A DNA stretch of 64,000 nt, taken from positions 1 to 64,000 of IMG/VR virus record IMGVR_UViG_3300033485_000001; one strand, written 5' to 3'. Source of the stretch: a virus. Below are positions 63,173 to 64,000 of the stretch, in pieces (positions within the stretch are counted from its first letter, which is position 1; every line of letters starts with the position of its first letter). A program made the position numbers and the translations under genes. Under the pieces are notes generated by a model. The model was given only the letters and a program-made list of their open reading frames with translations. It made no database searches and was not told where the DNA came from.

Positions 63173-64000
63173 ATGGGTGCGATGAAGAAAGAAGCCGTAG
63201 GCGTGAGGACCGGGGGGTTCATGCAGACGAGGAGGGGGACACGTCCGCTCCACGTCGAGACCCTGCTCCGACGGCAGAGCCCAGGTTCGGCTGCGAACGT
63301 CTTCGAGCCCGTCAAGCCCACGGTGACGGACAAGACCTTCGAGCAGTCGCTGGCGGCCACCGCCGGGGACGAGTTCCAGCCCGAGCAGGAGAAGGATGCA
63401 GAGCTACGCCGCGACACCGTCAACGAGAAGCCGACAGCGGTGTCGCCGGCGCTCGTCGAGTCGGCGAAGAAGAGGCTGGTCGGAGAGCAGAACGGGAAGA
63501 AGGTCTTCCTCGTTGATGGTGGGGTCATCCGCGACAAGATCGACACGGACTTCGCCTTGGGTGGCAACTCGGCTCGGTACAGCTACGTCCCCGAGGGTGA
63601 GGTGTGGGTCGAAGACACCGGGAACAAGAAGGACATCGCGAACACGGTCGTCCACGAGGATCGCGAAGAGGGTCTGATGCGCCGTGGTCAGACCTACGAC
63701 AAGGCGCACGAGAAGGCCACCGAGGAGGAAGAGGAGCGGCGCAAGGAAGCCTCGGTCAAGGACATCGTCGCCAAGATAGCCCCCCACACGAACGACGTGG
63801 TCCTCGTGGCCTCGCGGCTGGCTCACGGCAAGCGAAGGCGGAAGGAGTCTGGGGAGGTCAAGAAGTCGTCCTTGATCACAGATCTCGAGAAGGAAAGCTC
63901 GGCGGCTGAATTCGCTCCTGGCATTCCGATCGGCAGGGTGGTAAAGAAGATCCCCTCTGTGAAAGAGAAGGATCCCAATGCCGAATGGACAGCAAGCCTC
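63173..64000 (+). CDS. hypothetical protein with zincin-like HExxE...H segment (runs off window; absent from ORF track)
   Basis: hand translation open for 276 codons: VFLVDG...GGN...YVPEGEVWV...VVHEDREEGLM..G.TYDKAHEKA. Confidence 0.7.
   Translation, partial: MGAMKKEAVGVRTGGFMQTRRGTRPLHVETLLRRQSPGSAANVFEPVKPTVTDKTFEQSLAATAGDEFQPEQEKDAELRRDTVNEKPTAVSPALVESAKKRLVGEQNGKKVFLVDGGVIRDKIDTDFALGGNSARYSYVPEGEVWVEDTGNKKDIANTVVHEDREEGLMRRGQTYDKAHEKATEEEEERRKEASVKDIVAKIAPHTNDVVLVASRLAHGKRRRKESGEVKKSSLITDLEKESSAAEFAPGIPIGRVVKKIPSVKEKDPNAEWTASL

Noticed and set aside
1-64000. CRISPR array, rRNA, transposase, integrase or alternative genetic code
   Set aside because: No regularly spaced repeats, rRNA signatures or recombinase motifs were seen, and known proteins are intact under code 11.

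Overview
This is a GC-rich (about 60-65% by eye), densely coded segment of a large, probably contractile-tailed bacteriophage. It uses the standard genetic code, most genes are on the + strand, and no host housekeeping genes are present. 1-21 kb: small hypothetical and Cys-rich genes plus an AAA+ ATPase, a DUF3268-like protein, a ParB-like protein, a metallophosphoesterase, a vWA protein and HU, ending in a tmRNA directly abutting an initiator-type tRNA(CAU). 21.7-33 kb: a virion operon holding three tandem, diverged copies of a three-gene A-B-C cassette. 33-54 kb: dCMP deaminase, a GH18-like barrel, ThyX, a J-domain protein, a catalytically degenerate LAGLIDADG protein behind an AT-rich double operator, SSB, an amidase, an SLT-like enzyme, RNase HII, a tail-chaperone pair joined by a G GGA AAT -1 slippery site, GroES and an ATP-dependent ligase. 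54.3-64 kb: tape-measure and baseplate-like genes. A recurring intergenic TATAAG motif (at least 15 copies), often followed directly by RNA stems, looks like a phage promoter system. All calls come from motif recognition by eye; no database search or folding program was run.
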